This document shows positions 62,563-64,000 of a stretch of 64,000 nt of DNA, piece after piece. The notes under the pieces are model-generated. The model had not been told where the DNA came from, made no database searches, and saw only the letters and a list, made by a program, of their open reading frames with translations. How positions within the stretch are numbered: the first letter of the stretch is position 1; the number at the start of each line of letters is the position of its first letter. This stretch comes from Candidatus Bathyarchaeota archaeon (GTDB lineage: Archaea > Thermoproteota > Bathyarchaeia > Bathyarchaeales > Bathycorpusculaceae). Location: NCBI GenBank assembly GCA_963717465.1, contig OY970340.1, forward strand, positions 672,001 through 736,000, in the 5' to 3' direction. A program made the position numbers and the translations under genes.

Positions 62563-62909
62563 TATGATTCACCACTTTATAGGCATGTATTATTTCAAAC
62601 CTTTTAAAGTTTGCCGTTTAGTATACCCGTCGAACACCCAATAGACTGCTGTAAAGAAGGTTCTGAATGGTCCATCTAACGTATCCAATGAGAAGCATGT
62701 TGGGAGAACTCATCGATAATGCCTGGCTTGACGCCTTCGCATAGGCGTGTAATATTGTTAATTTCATAAATTGTAAGTCAAATAGCCAAGTGGTTTGTGT
62801 CTATGGTTTACACTTATTATTCCTGCTTTAAACCAATCTACCTTTGTATAACTATTATATTATGCCATTCCACTTAGAAAGTGGATAAGACAAAAAGAGG
62901 CGAAACGGG

Positions 62910-63692
62910 ATGGAATTAATTTTCTTAGGAACCGGAGCTGGAAATGGTGTTCCTTTATTTTATTGTGATTGTACAGCGTGCAAAGAAGCTAAAGAAAACC
63001 CTGCATTTTCAAGGATGCGATCAGCAATTTTAATAAAAGGTCCTGAAGAAAATACGCTCATTGATACTCCACCTGATATTAGATCTCAACTTTTACGGCA
63101 AAACATTTCTGATGTAGAGAGGGTGTTCCTTACACATGATCATTATGATCATTTTGGTGGAATGGGTGATTTACATTATTACGTTTTTCTTAAACGGAAA
63201 AAACCCTTAGACGTATATCTTCACAAGGAAGTTACTTCTATTTTTACAGATGCATTCGGGTTTATGACAGAATCCGTTAACCTGATACCCTTATCTATCT
63301 TTCAAGACTACACTTTTAAAGACTTGACAATTACTCCTATAAAGGCAAATCACGGTGTCAACGGGCTTGGCTTTATTATCAAGTCAAAACTGAAAATTGC
63401 TTACTTGCCGGATACTTATTATGTTCCAGAAGAAACAAGAAAATACTTGCACGATGTAGATATTTTGATAGCGGATTCCACTTTCTTTGAAGAAAGCTTG
63501 TTCAAGAAACGTTCCCATATGACTGTCGATGAAGCGATTGATCTTGGTCAGCAAATAGGAGCAAAAACCACTTATTTAACTCATCTTTCGATGCATTTCA
63601 CCAAAACAATCACGAGCAAGTTCTTGGAAGAATACATAAAACAAAAAGGAAATGTTAAGGTAGCATACGACGGATTAACGCTTCAAATATAG
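62910..63692 (+). CDS. MBL-fold metallo-hydrolase, PhnP-like
   Basis: FLGTGA..GVP..CDC..C, LTHDHYDHFGG, AYLPDT, HMTVDEA, THLS, VAYDGL. Confidence 0.9.
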   Translation: MELIFLGTGAGNGVPLFYCDCTACKEAKENPAFSRMRSAILIKGPEENTLIDTPPDIRSQLLRQNISDVERVFLTHDHYDHFGGMGDLHYYVFLKRKKPLDVYLHKEVTSIFTDAFGFMTESVNLIPLSIFQDYTFKDLTITPIKANHGVNGLGFIIKSKLKIAYLPDTYYVPEETRKYLHDVDILIADSTFFEESLFKKRSHMTVDEAIDLGQQIGAKTTYLTHLSMHFTKTITSKFLEEYIKQKGNVKVAYDGLTLQI

Positions 63693-64000
63693 CATCATTA
63701 GTGAAGCATTATATCTCTTTGATTTGGTGGCGCAGTTACGCTTAGGTTTAGTTTTTTAATAAATGACAGCGTGTTTTTTGGCACGTTGAGGTTTGGTTGA
63801 AATCCAGAGGCGTAGTCGATAGATCTTAAATTTACAACTAAAGCGGCCAGGTCGGATGGAATATCAACGTCGGTAACTAATTCAAGAATGGCAAAAGGAA
63901 CATGCTTATCCATTAGCCTTTTTTGTATAAATTTCTAAAGATGTTATACCCTGCGCGTTGTAGAAAACATCCTTGAAATCAACTGGTATATTGCTTGTTT

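Noticed and set aside
62610..62770. Possible riboswitch or small ORF around hairpin ACGCCT-tcgcat-AGGCGT
   Set aside because: It matches no riboswitch consensus I can recognise, and the 49-codon minus-strand ORF has no motif
63698..63913. 71-aa minus-strand ORF at the window edge
   Set aside because: Possibly the end of a gene continuing beyond the window; nothing identifiable
42613..64000. Integrated mobile element at tRNA-Ser
   Set aside because: I found no integrase and no duplicated tRNA 3' end in the window

Overview
Archaeal chromosomal segment. The gene set (PolD DP1/DP2, Elf1, Sec61-beta, Csl4, Pus10, GGGP synthase, one PCNA in the window) fits a TACK-lineage archaeon, most plausibly Bathyarchaeia (inference). 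Positions 1-42.6 kb are mostly core informational genes around a replication origin: cdc6/orc1, three 22-bp ORB boxes and an AT-rich unwinding element at about 14.55-15.2 kb. Directly beside the origin lie three uncharacterised HTH genes, one with an N-terminal membrane anchor, a coiled coil and a C-terminal winged helix. They are interleaved with dense arrays of two short motif families, GTGATATCAC-type palindromes and TTCACA/TGTGAA. This is the best candidate for an undescribed system, possibly origin tethering, segregation or regulation. The window also holds an unannotated dual-guide C/D-box sRNA (34.1 kb), tandem DtxR-like operators (36.4 kb), an intron-containing tRNA-Ser(CGA) followed by a nucleotidyltransferase two-gene module, and a treZ-GH57-treY-malQ cluster with a divergent treT. 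Many genes, including essential ones, are broken by 1-bp indels, most likely sequencing or assembly errors rather than true pseudogenes.
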